In this document: positions 10,565 to 17,787 of the stretch, piece by piece | Position numbering within the stretch: the first letter of the stretch is position 1 | Layout: each line of letters opens with the position of its first letter | From: Candidatus Uhrbacteria bacterium | Lineage (GTDB): Bacteria > Patescibacteriota > Patescibacteriia > UBA9934 > GWF2-40-263 | DNA: 64,000 bases | NCBI GenBank assembly: GCA_016219925.1 | Contig: JACRJU010000010.1 | Span: forward strand, 32,147 to 96,146 | Reading direction: 5' to 3' | Made by a program: the position numbers and the translations under genes | The notes under the pieces: generated by a model | Databases searched by the model: none | The model's input: the letters and a program-made list of their open reading frames with translations, nothing else | Told to the model about the DNA's origin: nothing

Positions 10565-11023
10565 ATGACCATGGTACAGAAAAAATATCTCGGTTATGCG
10601 CTGGGAGCCGCCGTAGCCCTGCTCATTGCCGCGCCGATCGTGCTGGGAGGCGCACACAACGCTCTCGCTGCCCCCGGGCCACTTACAAAGGATGAGCTTT
10701 TCGGTGGCAAGGGTAAAACAGGCGATACATTTGCGGCAAATGCCGGACTTGGAAATGCGAACCTGATCGATACGATTTCTTCGATCATTCGCGTAGCTCT
10801 TGGTTTCCTCGGTGTGATTGCAGTGGTGATCATCCTGCTTGGTGGATTCAAGTGGATGACCTCGGGCGGAAACGATACCAAAGTTGGTGAGGCTAAAAAG
10901 CTCATCTTCGCAGGCATCATTGGATTGGTGATTGTGTTATCCGCATACGCGATCGCGAATTTCGTTATCGGCCAAATCGCGGGCGTCACCTCTAATCCTG
11001 TCCCTCCTGTCGGTGCTGGCTAA
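10565..11023 (+). CDS. Pilin-like two-TM protein, paralog 3 of 6
   Basis: AAGGAGG Shine-Dalgarno upstream. Core is GVIAVVIILLGGFKWMTSGGNDTKVGEAKKLIFAGIIGLVIVLSAYAI. Confidence 0.5.
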   Translation: MTMVQKKYLGYALGAAVALLIAAPIVLGGAHNALAAPGPLTKDELFGGKGKTGDTFAANAGLGNANLIDTISSIIRVALGFLGVIAVVIILLGGFKWMTSGGNDTKVGEAKKLIFAGIIGLVIVLSAYAIANFVIGQIAGVTSNPVPPVGAG

Positions 11024-11032
11024 TGACTCATG

Positions 11033-11063
11033 CCCCCATCCCCCATCTTTTGGATGGGGGTTT
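11033..11063 (+). terminator. Intrinsic terminator inside the pilin array
   Basis: CCCCCATCC / GGATGGGGG 9-bp stem followed by TTT. A second 10-bp hairpin (TTGCGTAAGC/GCTTACGCAA) lies at 11062-11099. Confidence 0.5.
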
Positions 11064-11105
11064 GCGTAAGCTGATGAGAGGATTCGTCTGCTTACGCAAA
11101 TATTT

Positions 11106-11504
11106 ATGCAACGTTTTTTCTTGCGCATCGGCGCTCCAGCGATCATCTTTCTTTTGAGCGCCCCGTCTGCTTTGGCAGAGTCCGAAGCGGCAAAAGCGCT
11201 AAAGGGCGGACTCACAGATACCGCCAAGTTGGCTGGCTACCAATCAACATCTTTGCCTGTCATCATTGGAAATGTCATCAAGGCTTTGTTGGGTGTGGTC
11301 GGTATTATTTTCCTTTTGATTACCATCTATGCCGGTATTATGTATATGACGGCCGCGGGAGATACCGGAAAAGTCGACAAAGCAAAAAAAATGCTCACGC
11401 AATCGCTTATTGGCCTGGTGATCATCATAGGCGCCTATGCCTTTGCCAATTTCGTTGTGACTCAACTGGCTGTAGCAACAACGGCGGCACCAGTAAAAAA
11501 ATAG
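11106..11504 (+). CDS. Pilin-like two-TM protein, paralog 4 of 6
   Basis: Core is GIIFLLITIYAGIMYMTAAGDTGKVDKAKKMLTQSLIGLVIIIGAYAF. Confidence 0.5.
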   Translation: MQRFFLRIGAPAIIFLLSAPSALAESEAAKALKGGLTDTAKLAGYQSTSLPVIIGNVIKALLGVVGIIFLLITIYAGIMYMTAAGDTGKVDKAKKMLTQSLIGLVIIIGAYAFANFVVTQLAVATTAAPVKK

Positions 11505-11505
11505 T

Positions 11506-11901
11506 ATGAAAACCTTTTCAAGATGGCTGCTCATCGGAATATTTGTCTTGCTTCCAGTTTCTGCCTGGGCCGGCCTTCTTGATTCGCAACTAAGTACCGT
11601 AGGCAGTCAATTAGGAAAAGACGGTGGGGTCCCAACGAGTCTCCCCGTATTTATCGGTGGACTCATTAATGTCGTTTTATCGGTTCTTGGTCTCGTCTTT
11701 CTCGTTCTCATCGTGTATGCTGGATACATGTGGATGACGGCTTCAGGCGATTCAACCAAAGTTGATAAGGCCAAAAAACTTATTGGACAGGCTCTCATCG
11801 GCATGATCATTGTTATCGCTTCCTATGCGATCAGCGCGTTCGTGATCGACCGAATTTCAGGCGCAATTACGGTAGCGCCGGCGGCAGCCCCCACAAAATA
11901 A
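11506..11901 (+). CDS. Pilin-like two-TM protein, paralog 5 of 6
   Basis: Starts 1 nt after the paralog 4 stop. Core is GLVFLVLIVYAGYMWMTASGDSTKVDKAKKLIGQALIGMIIVIASYAI. Confidence 0.5.
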   Translation: MKTFSRWLLIGIFVLLPVSAWAGLLDSQLSTVGSQLGKDGGVPTSLPVFIGGLINVVLSVLGLVFLVLIVYAGYMWMTASGDSTKVDKAKKLIGQALIGMIIVIASYAISAFVIDRISGAITVAPAAAPTK

Positions 11902-11923
11902 CTTTCTTGAATCTTAATTATCT

Positions 11924-12316
11924 ATGAAAAATCTCTACTACACTTTCAGCGCCTGGATTTCCGTCTTGGGCCTGTCGCTTTTGCCGGCAAGCGCCATGGC
12001 TCAACTTAAACCATCAACAGATGCGGCGAGTGATCTTGGTAAGATCGGCAAGAAACTCGGCAACGAGACTCCAAACGATCTTCCAAACCTCATTGGCGGA
12101 CTCATCAACATGTTCCTTTCGATTCTCGGCATCGTCTTTGTGGTGCTGGTGATCTATGCCGGATACCTTTGGATGACGGCATCTGGCGACGCTACTAAAG
12201 TTGATAAAGCCAAAAAACTGCTTGGCCAGGCCATCATTGGAATCATCATTATTGTGGCGGCCTACGCGATCAGCACGTTCGTTATTAATAGGATCGTCGG
12301 AGCGGTTAAACCGTAG
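11924..12316 (+). CDS. Pilin-like two-TM protein, paralog 6 of 6
   Basis: Core is GIVFVVLVIYAGYLWMTASGDATKVDKAKKLLGQAIIGIIIIVAAYAI. Confidence 0.5.
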   Translation: MKNLYYTFSAWISVLGLSLLPASAMAQLKPSTDAASDLGKIGKKLGNETPNDLPNLIGGLINMFLSILGIVFVVLVIYAGYLWMTASGDATKVDKAKKLLGQAIIGIIIIVAAYAISTFVINRIVGAVKP

Positions 12317-12320
12317 ATTT

Positions 12321-12356
12321 AAAAAAGGCAGAGCCGCGAGGCTCTGTTTTTATTTT
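12321..12356 (+). terminator. Intrinsic terminator of the pilin operon
   Basis: CAGAGCC-gcga-GGCTCTG stem followed by TTTTTATTTT, with an A-tract upstream. Confidence 0.7.
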
Positions 12357-12410
12357 GAAAATAAACATCCCCTGACCGACTCCACGTGAGGTGGATATCG
12401 ACCAGGGGAT
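12357..12410 (-). terminator. Terminator-like hairpin closing high-GC cassette A
   Basis: Outer stem ATCCCCTG/CAGGGGAT and inner stem TCCAC/GTGGA (12367-12410). It lies 4 nt after the stop of the 309-aa gene and is followed on the minus strand by a T-rich run. Confidence 0.45.
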
Positions 12411-12414
12411 AGGA

Positions 12415-13344
12415 TCAGCGCTTCCACCCGTTAGTGGCGTGGGTGATGCGCCGATCAAGGCTCTCGACGCGGTCGAGTTCGACCCGGACCGCGTTGCCCC
12501 ACAGAGTCTGGGGCGGCAGGCCGGGGATCTCGACCAGACTGCCGGTCGGAGCCAGGTAGATGATCTCGATGCGGTCGCGTGGGCCGACCGCCGAGATATA
12601 GAGCTCGTCGTAGGCGGCCGGGGCGACCGCGCTGTACGGGGTGCGGTCCGGACGACCGTCCCCATCGAGATCGGCGTAGACCGTCTCGATCGAGCCATCC
12701 GCATTGCCGATCGGGATGGCAACCCCGTTGCGCTTCACGAGAACCCGCGAGAATTGGGGGTTTCGGTGGGTGTGCCAGCTGACCCCACTGGCAAGCCCGA
12801 AGACTTGCAAGTAGGGGCCAACCACCTCGAAGGTCGTGGCGGCGTATGCCCCTGGGGTCGGGATGACCCTGTAGGGCGCGCCACCGACCATCATCGTGGA
12901 CGGTGGTAGGCCTGCGGGCGGACGGTGGTAGGCCTGCGGCTCGGCTGGTTGAGCCTTGCCGTCCTTCGCCTTCCGATCGCGGAGCGTCCGAAGACGCGCC
13001 TTGATCTGCTGCCTGGCTGTGCCAGCGGCAGGCAGCTCCGGCTGCTTGGCGTCCGGCACTGCCTGCTGGGACGCGAGCTTGGCTTTGGTCGCCTCGAGCT
13101 CCTGACGGAGCCGATCGACTTCGGCCTTGAGCCCGCTCTCGCCGGCTTTGAGCCGCGCCTCCAGGATCTTCACGTTCTGATCCTGGATGCACAGCAGTTG
13201 CTTGAGGCGGGCACTCGAGTCGGTTCCGGCGTAGCGGGCCTCGCAGAATGCGACGGCCTGCTTCGCTTCCTTCGACTCTTCAGCGTGCAGGGTGGCGGGG
13301 ACGAACAGGAACAGGGCGGCCGCGATGGCCATTTCGAACTTCAT
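12415..13344 (-). CDS. High-GC cassette A, gene 2: secreted coiled-coil protein with a beta-rich C-terminal domain carrying a DxDxDG loop
   Basis: Signal peptide MKFEMAIAAALFLFVPATLHA-EE. Heptad-like region LEARLKAGESGLKAEVDRLRQELEATKAKL. Contains DLDGDGRPD. AAGGAGA Shine-Dalgarno 5 nt upstream. Codons are almost all G/C-ending. Confidence 0.6.
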   Translation of the reverse strand: MKFEMAIAAALFLFVPATLHAEESKEAKQAVAFCEARYAGTDSSARLKQLLCIQDQNVKILEARLKAGESGLKAEVDRLRQELEATKAKLASQQAVPDAKQPELPAAGTARQQIKARLRTLRDRKAKDGKAQPAEPQAYHRPPAGLPPSTMMVGGAPYRVIPTPGAYAATTFEVVGPYLQVFGLASGVSWHTHRNPQFSRVLVKRNGVAIPIGNADGSIETVYADLDGDGRPDRTPYSAVAPAAYDELYISAVGPRDRIEIIYLAPTGSLVEIPGLPPQTLWGNAVRVELDRVESLDRRITHATNGWKR

Positions 13345-13419
13345 GGATTTCTCCTTGTGGTCGGACGTGCCGACCGTCTTCGTCTTTCGAGACGGCCGGC
13401 ACGGACCACCCGAGCCGAC

Positions 13420-14043
13420 CTACTTGCGGTGAACTCGGAGGAGCTCGTTGAGGTCGCGGCGGTTGCACGCCGCTTCCTCTGCGGGGTTGGCGGGCGGGCG
13501 ACCACCAGGGCACTGGCTCGTGCTCGCGGGCGCGAGCGCTTGCGGAGGTGGCGGGCCGTAGTAACCCGGGGCGACCGCTTCACCGAGCGGCGGGAGGTAG
13601 CCTCTGGCTCCTGCCCGCCATCCAGCCTCGATCATGGTCGTCTCCTGGCTGGCTCCCGGATAGTAGACAGCCTGACCGTACGGCCCGTAGCCGCCGGCGG
13701 CGTAGGGGTAGGCCCCCATGCCGTACGGCCCGTAAGCGCCGTAGTAGCCCGTGTACCCGGAGGTCACCTGACCTCCGCGGGTGCTCACCTGCGTGGGCAC
13801 CCCCTTGTCAACCGACGCGCGGGCCGTTGCGGCCGCGCGCTCGGCCGCATCGCCGTCATGACGCGTACGCTCGAGCTGGTCGGCGGCGGCAAGGAGCGCT
13901 GCCGCTCCCCCGGTGGTGGCCAGATCCTGGTGGACCTGGACCGAACCGATGACCCGACCGCTTGCGTCGGTGAGGTCGCGCTTGAGCGCGACGCTCGCGC
14001 ATCCCGTGAGGGCGGCGAGCACGATGGCGAGGATGGTCTTCAT
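13420..14043 (-). CDS. High-GC cassette A, gene 1: lipoprotein with a Gly/Tyr/Pro-rich low-complexity region
   Basis: MKTILAIVLAALTGC lipobox. GGAG lies 6 nt before ATG 14043 (alternative ATG at 14055). Contains GYTGYYGAYGPYGMGAYPYAAGGYGPYG. Confidence 0.6.
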   Translation of the reverse strand: MKTILAIVLAALTGCASVALKRDLTDASGRVIGSVQVHQDLATTGGAAALLAAADQLERTRHDGDAAERAAATARASVDKGVPTQVSTRGGQVTSGYTGYYGAYGPYGMGAYPYAAGGYGPYGQAVYYPGASQETTMIEAGWRAGARGYLPPLGEAVAPGYYGPPPPQALAPASTSQCPGGRPPANPAEEAACNRRDLNELLRVHRK

Positions 14044-14125
14044 CTGCTTCTCCATGTCGACTCGCCTGCGGCTGCCGACTCAATTGCCCTGAAAAGGACG
14101 GTTTGTCCCAATTTGGGAACGTAGA

Positions 14126-14154
14126 AATATACCATAAAATTGCCTTTTTGTCAA
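14126..14154 (-). promoter_or_regulatory. Sigma70-type promoter for cassette A
   Basis: Minus strand reads TTGACA (14154-14149), N17, TATATT (14131-14126). It sits in low-GC sequence and shares the TTGACAAAA dialect. Confidence 0.5.
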
Positions 14155-14162
14155 TAAATCCA

Positions 14163-14188
14163 ACGAAAAAACGCCCTTTTAGGACGTT
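14163..14188 (-). terminator. Intrinsic terminator of the ATP-grasp gene
   Basis: Minus strand reads AACGTCC-taaaa-GGGCGTT followed by TTTTT. Confidence 0.5.
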
Positions 14189-14210
14189 TCCTCAAACATT
14201 TAAAAACGGG

Positions 14211-15497
14211 CTAACGCAAGTATCCCCAATTATGCAAAAGATCCGAATCTCTCTCCCAACGGTCCCCGATATCCGTGCGGTAATACATATTAGGCACCAT
14301 GACGTTTTGCACACGGTTATACACCTGTTGTTGGGCGGCCTTCATCGTGGCCCCAGTCCCGGCAACCGTCATCACCGCCCCGGCATGCCCAGCCACAACC
14401 CACTGACCGTTTAACACTTTCACCTCCTCAATATGAATCCCATCAAGCGTGTTGCGGCGCAGATAAATCGCGGCATCTTTTGAGTACGTTTCAAATGCTT
14501 TATGGTCATCAAACGGATATGGCGGCGTGCGCAAACGGACTCCGACCTGGAACCCTTTTTTTGTTTTGATCGCAAAGCTCTCACGATTGGCTAGCCGATA
14601 GAGGAGCTCGGACATGGGCATGAGCAGTCCCTCGTGCTGGATCGAAATCGTCGGGTAACCAAAACGGCTTGTGAACTCAAGCGGATAAATGCCGTTCCCG
14701 TTGACGATACAGTTAAGATCGAAGTAGCCAACATATCCCTCGCGCGAAAGCGTCTCTTCCATTTTTAGAAGCGTGGCGTTGAACAATCGGTTGGGCTCGG
14801 ACCAATACATGGACGTTCCCATTTCCCCAGTCGAGATCCCGAGGTTCCCAGGAAATAATTTTTTGTGCTCAAAGTTGATGTTAATCGGGGACAAAAACCG
14901 ACTGCCATTAAAGAACGCTCCAACGGCCACTTCCACACCGGAAACGTGTTTTTGTAGTTGAAACACTTTGATCTTTTTAAGCCACACCCGCTTATACGCC
15001 TCCATAATGCCAATGACATCACTGCCGTCGTCTTCCGTACCGACAAATAGAAGGCGTTTGAGGTTGGCCGCCTCGCCGCTTGGCTTGAACACATAGCGTC
15101 CGGGATGCGCGCGGACATATGCAATGGCCTCATCAAAATCCGCGAAGGTTTGATAAGACAAAATCGGAATGCCATGCTTTTTAAGCTCTTCTTGACCAAA
15201 ACCGCGATCATCTTCGAGCTGGTCGGTGTAAGCCGTCCCTCCGATCACCGCTTTGCCGGTGCGGCGCAGACGATCCGCTTTGGCTCCCAAGCCAAGCACA
15301 TCGTCAAACACAACCACATCTGCCCAATCCACCTCCTTCTTCCAATCCTCTACCTTTTCGATGAGCCCATCGCCGACGTCCTGTGACGCATCAGAGTCAA
15401 CGTACATCTTCACGCGGTGACCCTCACGACTCACCTGCCAGGCTACATCGACACACAAGGCATCGAGTGTGACAAACAAAAAATTTTTCGAGTCCAT
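14211..15497 (-). CDS. ATP-grasp enzyme, PurD (phosphoribosylamine--glycine ligase)-like
   Basis: 428 aa. FEHKKLFPGNLGISTGEMGTSMYW aligns by eye with the PurD region [23 protein letters not shown]. The ATP-grasp block is YVFKPSGEAANLKRLLFV. No other pur genes occur in the window. Confidence 0.5.
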   Translation of the reverse strand: MDSKNFLFVTLDALCVDVAWQVSREGHRVKMYVDSDASQDVGDGLIEKVEDWKKEVDWADVVVFDDVLGLGAKADRLRRTGKAVIGGTAYTDQLEDDRGFGQEELKKHGIPILSYQTFADFDEAIAYVRAHPGRYVFKPSGEAANLKRLLFVGTEDDGSDVIGIMEAYKRVWLKKIKVFQLQKHVSGVEVAVGAFFNGSRFLSPININFEHKKLFPGNLGISTGEMGTSMYWSEPNRLFNATLLKMEETLSREGYVGYFDLNCIVNGNGIYPLEFTSRFGYPTISIQHEGLLMPMSELLYRLANRESFAIKTKKGFQVGVRLRTPPYPFDDHKAFETYSKDAAIYLRRNTLDGIHIEEVKVLNGQWVVAGHAGAVMTVAGTGATMKAAQQQVYNRVQNVMVPNMYYRTDIGDRWERDSDLLHNWGYLR

Positions 15498-15508
15498 ATA
15501 TGTTGGTC

Positions 15509-15536
15509 ATTATAGACGCATGAAAATGGAAGTCAA
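15509..15536 (-). promoter_or_regulatory. Near-consensus promoter of the ATP-grasp gene, effectively leaderless
   Basis: Minus strand reads TTGACT (15536-15531), N16, TATAAT (15514-15509). Only 11 nt separate the -10 from ATG 15497, and there is no Shine-Dalgarno. Confidence 0.55.
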
Positions 15537-15542
15537 AAAATT

Positions 15543-15591
15543 CTGTAAAAGAAAACGACGGCAGCAATCCTTGGGAAGGAAAGCTGCCGTC
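15543..15591 (-). terminator. Intrinsic terminator of high-GC cassette B
   Basis: Perfect 9-bp stem GACGGCAGC/GCTGCCGTC, then GTTTTCTTTT on the minus strand. It begins 8 nt after the stop codon. Confidence 0.7.
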
Positions 15592-15599
15592 AGAAGCGG

Positions 15600-17600
15600 C
15601 TACTTGCAGCCGAAGGCCTGACGACCTTCATAGCTAAGCGCCGCGCAGTCGACTCCGTTGGTGTGCGTGTGCGGCTTGGAAGCCGAACGCGCGCTGGACG
15701 AAGTCGGGGGCGTCGTGGCGAAGGGGTCCATCGTGTGGTGACCCACGAACCACGGAACGCTCACCGCGACCATGAGTGCGCAGAGGAAGACCGCGAGGTG
15801 GCCCACCAGGGGGTTACTCCCTTGAGTCACGTTCAGGATCGATCCTGACTGCACCCGTGTCTGTGCGAGCCGGCGCACGAGCCAGTACCCGGGCAGGTAC
15901 ACGAGCGTGAAGAGGACCGCGCTCGCAACCCACTGATGAGTCCCGAGGAAGCTGAGGCTTGCACCCCAGGCCGCGACAGTCGCGCCCCAGACGGCTTGCG
16001 GCCATCCGTGACGGATCATCCAGTCTGCGGCGATGATCCCGATCGTCACCAGCCACCCGTACTGCGCGCCCCGAAGAGCAAGCAGTTGGGCCTTGGCCGG
16101 CGCGCCCGCGACCTTGAAGCCCATCCCGATGCACACGCCGACGAAGGCGAGGCCCAGGATGACGACGCGTGCGCTGAGCGACACACCGACCTCCGGGATG
16201 AGGCCCAGAGCGATCAGGTACGCCGGCATCAGCATGAAGGTGAACCTCCAGCCGAATTCGGCGAGCCAATCGGCGGGCCACCCGAGCACACTGACAACCA
16301 GGGGGTGGAGCAGACGCTGCCAGATCCGCAGCGTAAAAAACATGATGATCAGCACCGTCGCGCAGATGATCGCGCGCAGGCTGTGGTACATGCTCGGGGC
16401 ACTGAAGAGGCTCGAGAGCATCCACCAGAACGCCGTGAGGAACATCACCACGGTCGCCAGGTTGAACACCACGATCCCGACCGCCGAGCCGTAGAGCAGG
16501 GCTTTGAGGGTCCCGCTCATGGCGCCGCGGTTGTGCCAGGCGCTCGAAGCGCCGCGCAGGGCCTTGTGCCAGAGCGTGAGCTCCGCACCCAAGGCCGTGT
16601 CGAACGCGGCGATGATGTCGTCGAGATCTTCGGGGTTGAACCGGTCCTCGGGGGTCGCACGCGGATTGTAGTACTCCGCGAGCGTCCTGAGAAACGGCAC
16701 GCCCTTCTTGTCGACGACGTCCTTGACGATGTCCTCGCGCAGGGCGTACTGCAGGGCCGTTCCCTGCCGCACGCTGCGGCTGATGAGCAGGAAGAAGCGC
16801 CGAACCTCGGGTCCGACCGCCTCCCACCACTCGGCGGGCTTCCTCAGAAGACCCTCGAGGATCTTGAGCTCTACGGCGCTGACGCGCTGGGTATCCCCCA
16901 TCTGCGCGATCGCTTCCGCGAGCTTCAGGACCTCGTGCGGGAAGGACTCGGCCGGCACACGCTCGGTGCGAGGCTGTTGGCCCTTGCCACCGCCGACCTG
17001 CTTGGTCGTGGCTTTGTGGGTGTCATCCCAGACGCTCTTGTAGAGCGCCCAGGTCGGATCCAGGATGACGGGCACCTGGTCGGCACCCACCCGAATCTTG
17101 CCGTCAGAGTCCCGGGCCGGAACGAAGATCTTACCCGGAACGAGCCGGCTGACAACAACCCAGTCAAGAGTCTGGTTGGCATCAGCGTCTGCGACGCCGG
17201 GGTCGGAGCGGGCCGCGTCGACCTCGCGATCGATCTGGCTCGCGGCATCCGCGTACCCGGTGAACACGCCCAACAGGGCGTGTGGGCCAACCTCCTTGAG
17301 GAGGAGCTTGGCCTCGCGAACGACCGGACGGGTGTCGCCCGGAAGAATCCGCTCGACGAAGTCGCTCTTCTTGAGCAAGGCCGCGACGGCCGAGCCCGCG
17401 AGTGGGAGGGTGAACCCGGGCATGGTGCGCGCCAGGGCCATGACCGGCCCGGCCGCTCCGAAGATGCCCTTGAGCGACCGCTTGGCGATCGCCTTGCCGG
17501 ACTCTCCAGCACCCGCACCCTCGGTGAGCTCGCGCTCGAGGTGCTGGTGCACGGCCTGTTCGGCGGCCTCTTCGGCCATCAATCGAAGAAACTCGTTCAT
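15600..17600 (-). CDS. High-GC cassette B: 666-aa protein with a soluble N-terminal half (about 350 aa) and a polytopic C-terminal half (roughly 8-10 hydrophobic segments); function unknown
   Basis: AGGAG lies 6 nt before ATG 17600. Strong G/C-ending codon bias. Five long shadow ORFs overlap it, as expected from stop-codon depletion. The C-terminal tail has two Cys (VDCAALSYEGRQAFGCK). Confidence 0.6.
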   Translation of the reverse strand: MNEFLRLMAEEAAEQAVHQHLERELTEGAGAGESGKAIAKRSLKGIFGAAGPVMALARTMPGFTLPLAGSAVAALLKKSDFVERILPGDTRPVVREAKLLLKEVGPHALLGVFTGYADAASQIDREVDAARSDPGVADADANQTLDWVVVSRLVPGKIFVPARDSDGKIRVGADQVPVILDPTWALYKSVWDDTHKATTKQVGGGKGQQPRTERVPAESFPHEVLKLAEAIAQMGDTQRVSAVELKILEGLLRKPAEWWEAVGPEVRRFFLLISRSVRQGTALQYALREDIVKDVVDKKGVPFLRTLAEYYNPRATPEDRFNPEDLDDIIAAFDTALGAELTLWHKALRGASSAWHNRGAMSGTLKALLYGSAVGIVVFNLATVVMFLTAFWWMLSSLFSAPSMYHSLRAIICATVLIIMFFTLRIWQRLLHPLVVSVLGWPADWLAEFGWRFTFMLMPAYLIALGLIPEVGVSLSARVVILGLAFVGVCIGMGFKVAGAPAKAQLLALRGAQYGWLVTIGIIAADWMIRHGWPQAVWGATVAAWGASLSFLGTHQWVASAVLFTLVYLPGYWLVRRLAQTRVQSGSILNVTQGSNPLVGHLAVFLCALMVAVSVPWFVGHHTMDPFATTPPTSSSARSASKPHTHTNGVDCAALSYEGRQAFGCK

Positions 17601-17704
17601 CTCTATCTCCTGTGCGGCTCTTGGCCGCGCAATGGGTTTGGAACACGTGAAAAGGGCGAAAAAAACCTTTTCTCCAATGCGCGTTGCCGCACACAGAAGG
17701 GACT

Positions 17705-17733
17705 TTTATATCATATTTCGGCCGTTTTGTCAA
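17705..17733 (-). promoter_or_regulatory. Promoter of cassette B with its -35 box in a hairpin loop
   Basis: Minus strand reads TTGACA (17733-17728), N17, TATAAA (17710-17705). The -35 sits in the hairpin GGCCGTTGACAAAACGGCC (17738-17720). Confidence 0.55.
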
Positions 17734-17787
17734 CGGCCAATGACTCATTTTTCTTAAATTCCTTCATAAGTCACCCAGTGGGTAATA

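Noticed and set aside
12306-14124. Nine additional long ORFs in several frames on both strands. Examples are 12391-12909 plus, 12455-13192 minus, 12925-14124 plus and 13548-13952 plus.
   Set aside because: They are shadow ORFs caused by stop-codon depletion in high-GC DNA. Their translations are Arg/Pro/Gly-rich low complexity with no Shine-Dalgarno. Only the 309-aa and 211-aa minus-strand frames have signal peptides, Shine-Dalgarno motifs and G/C-ending third positions.
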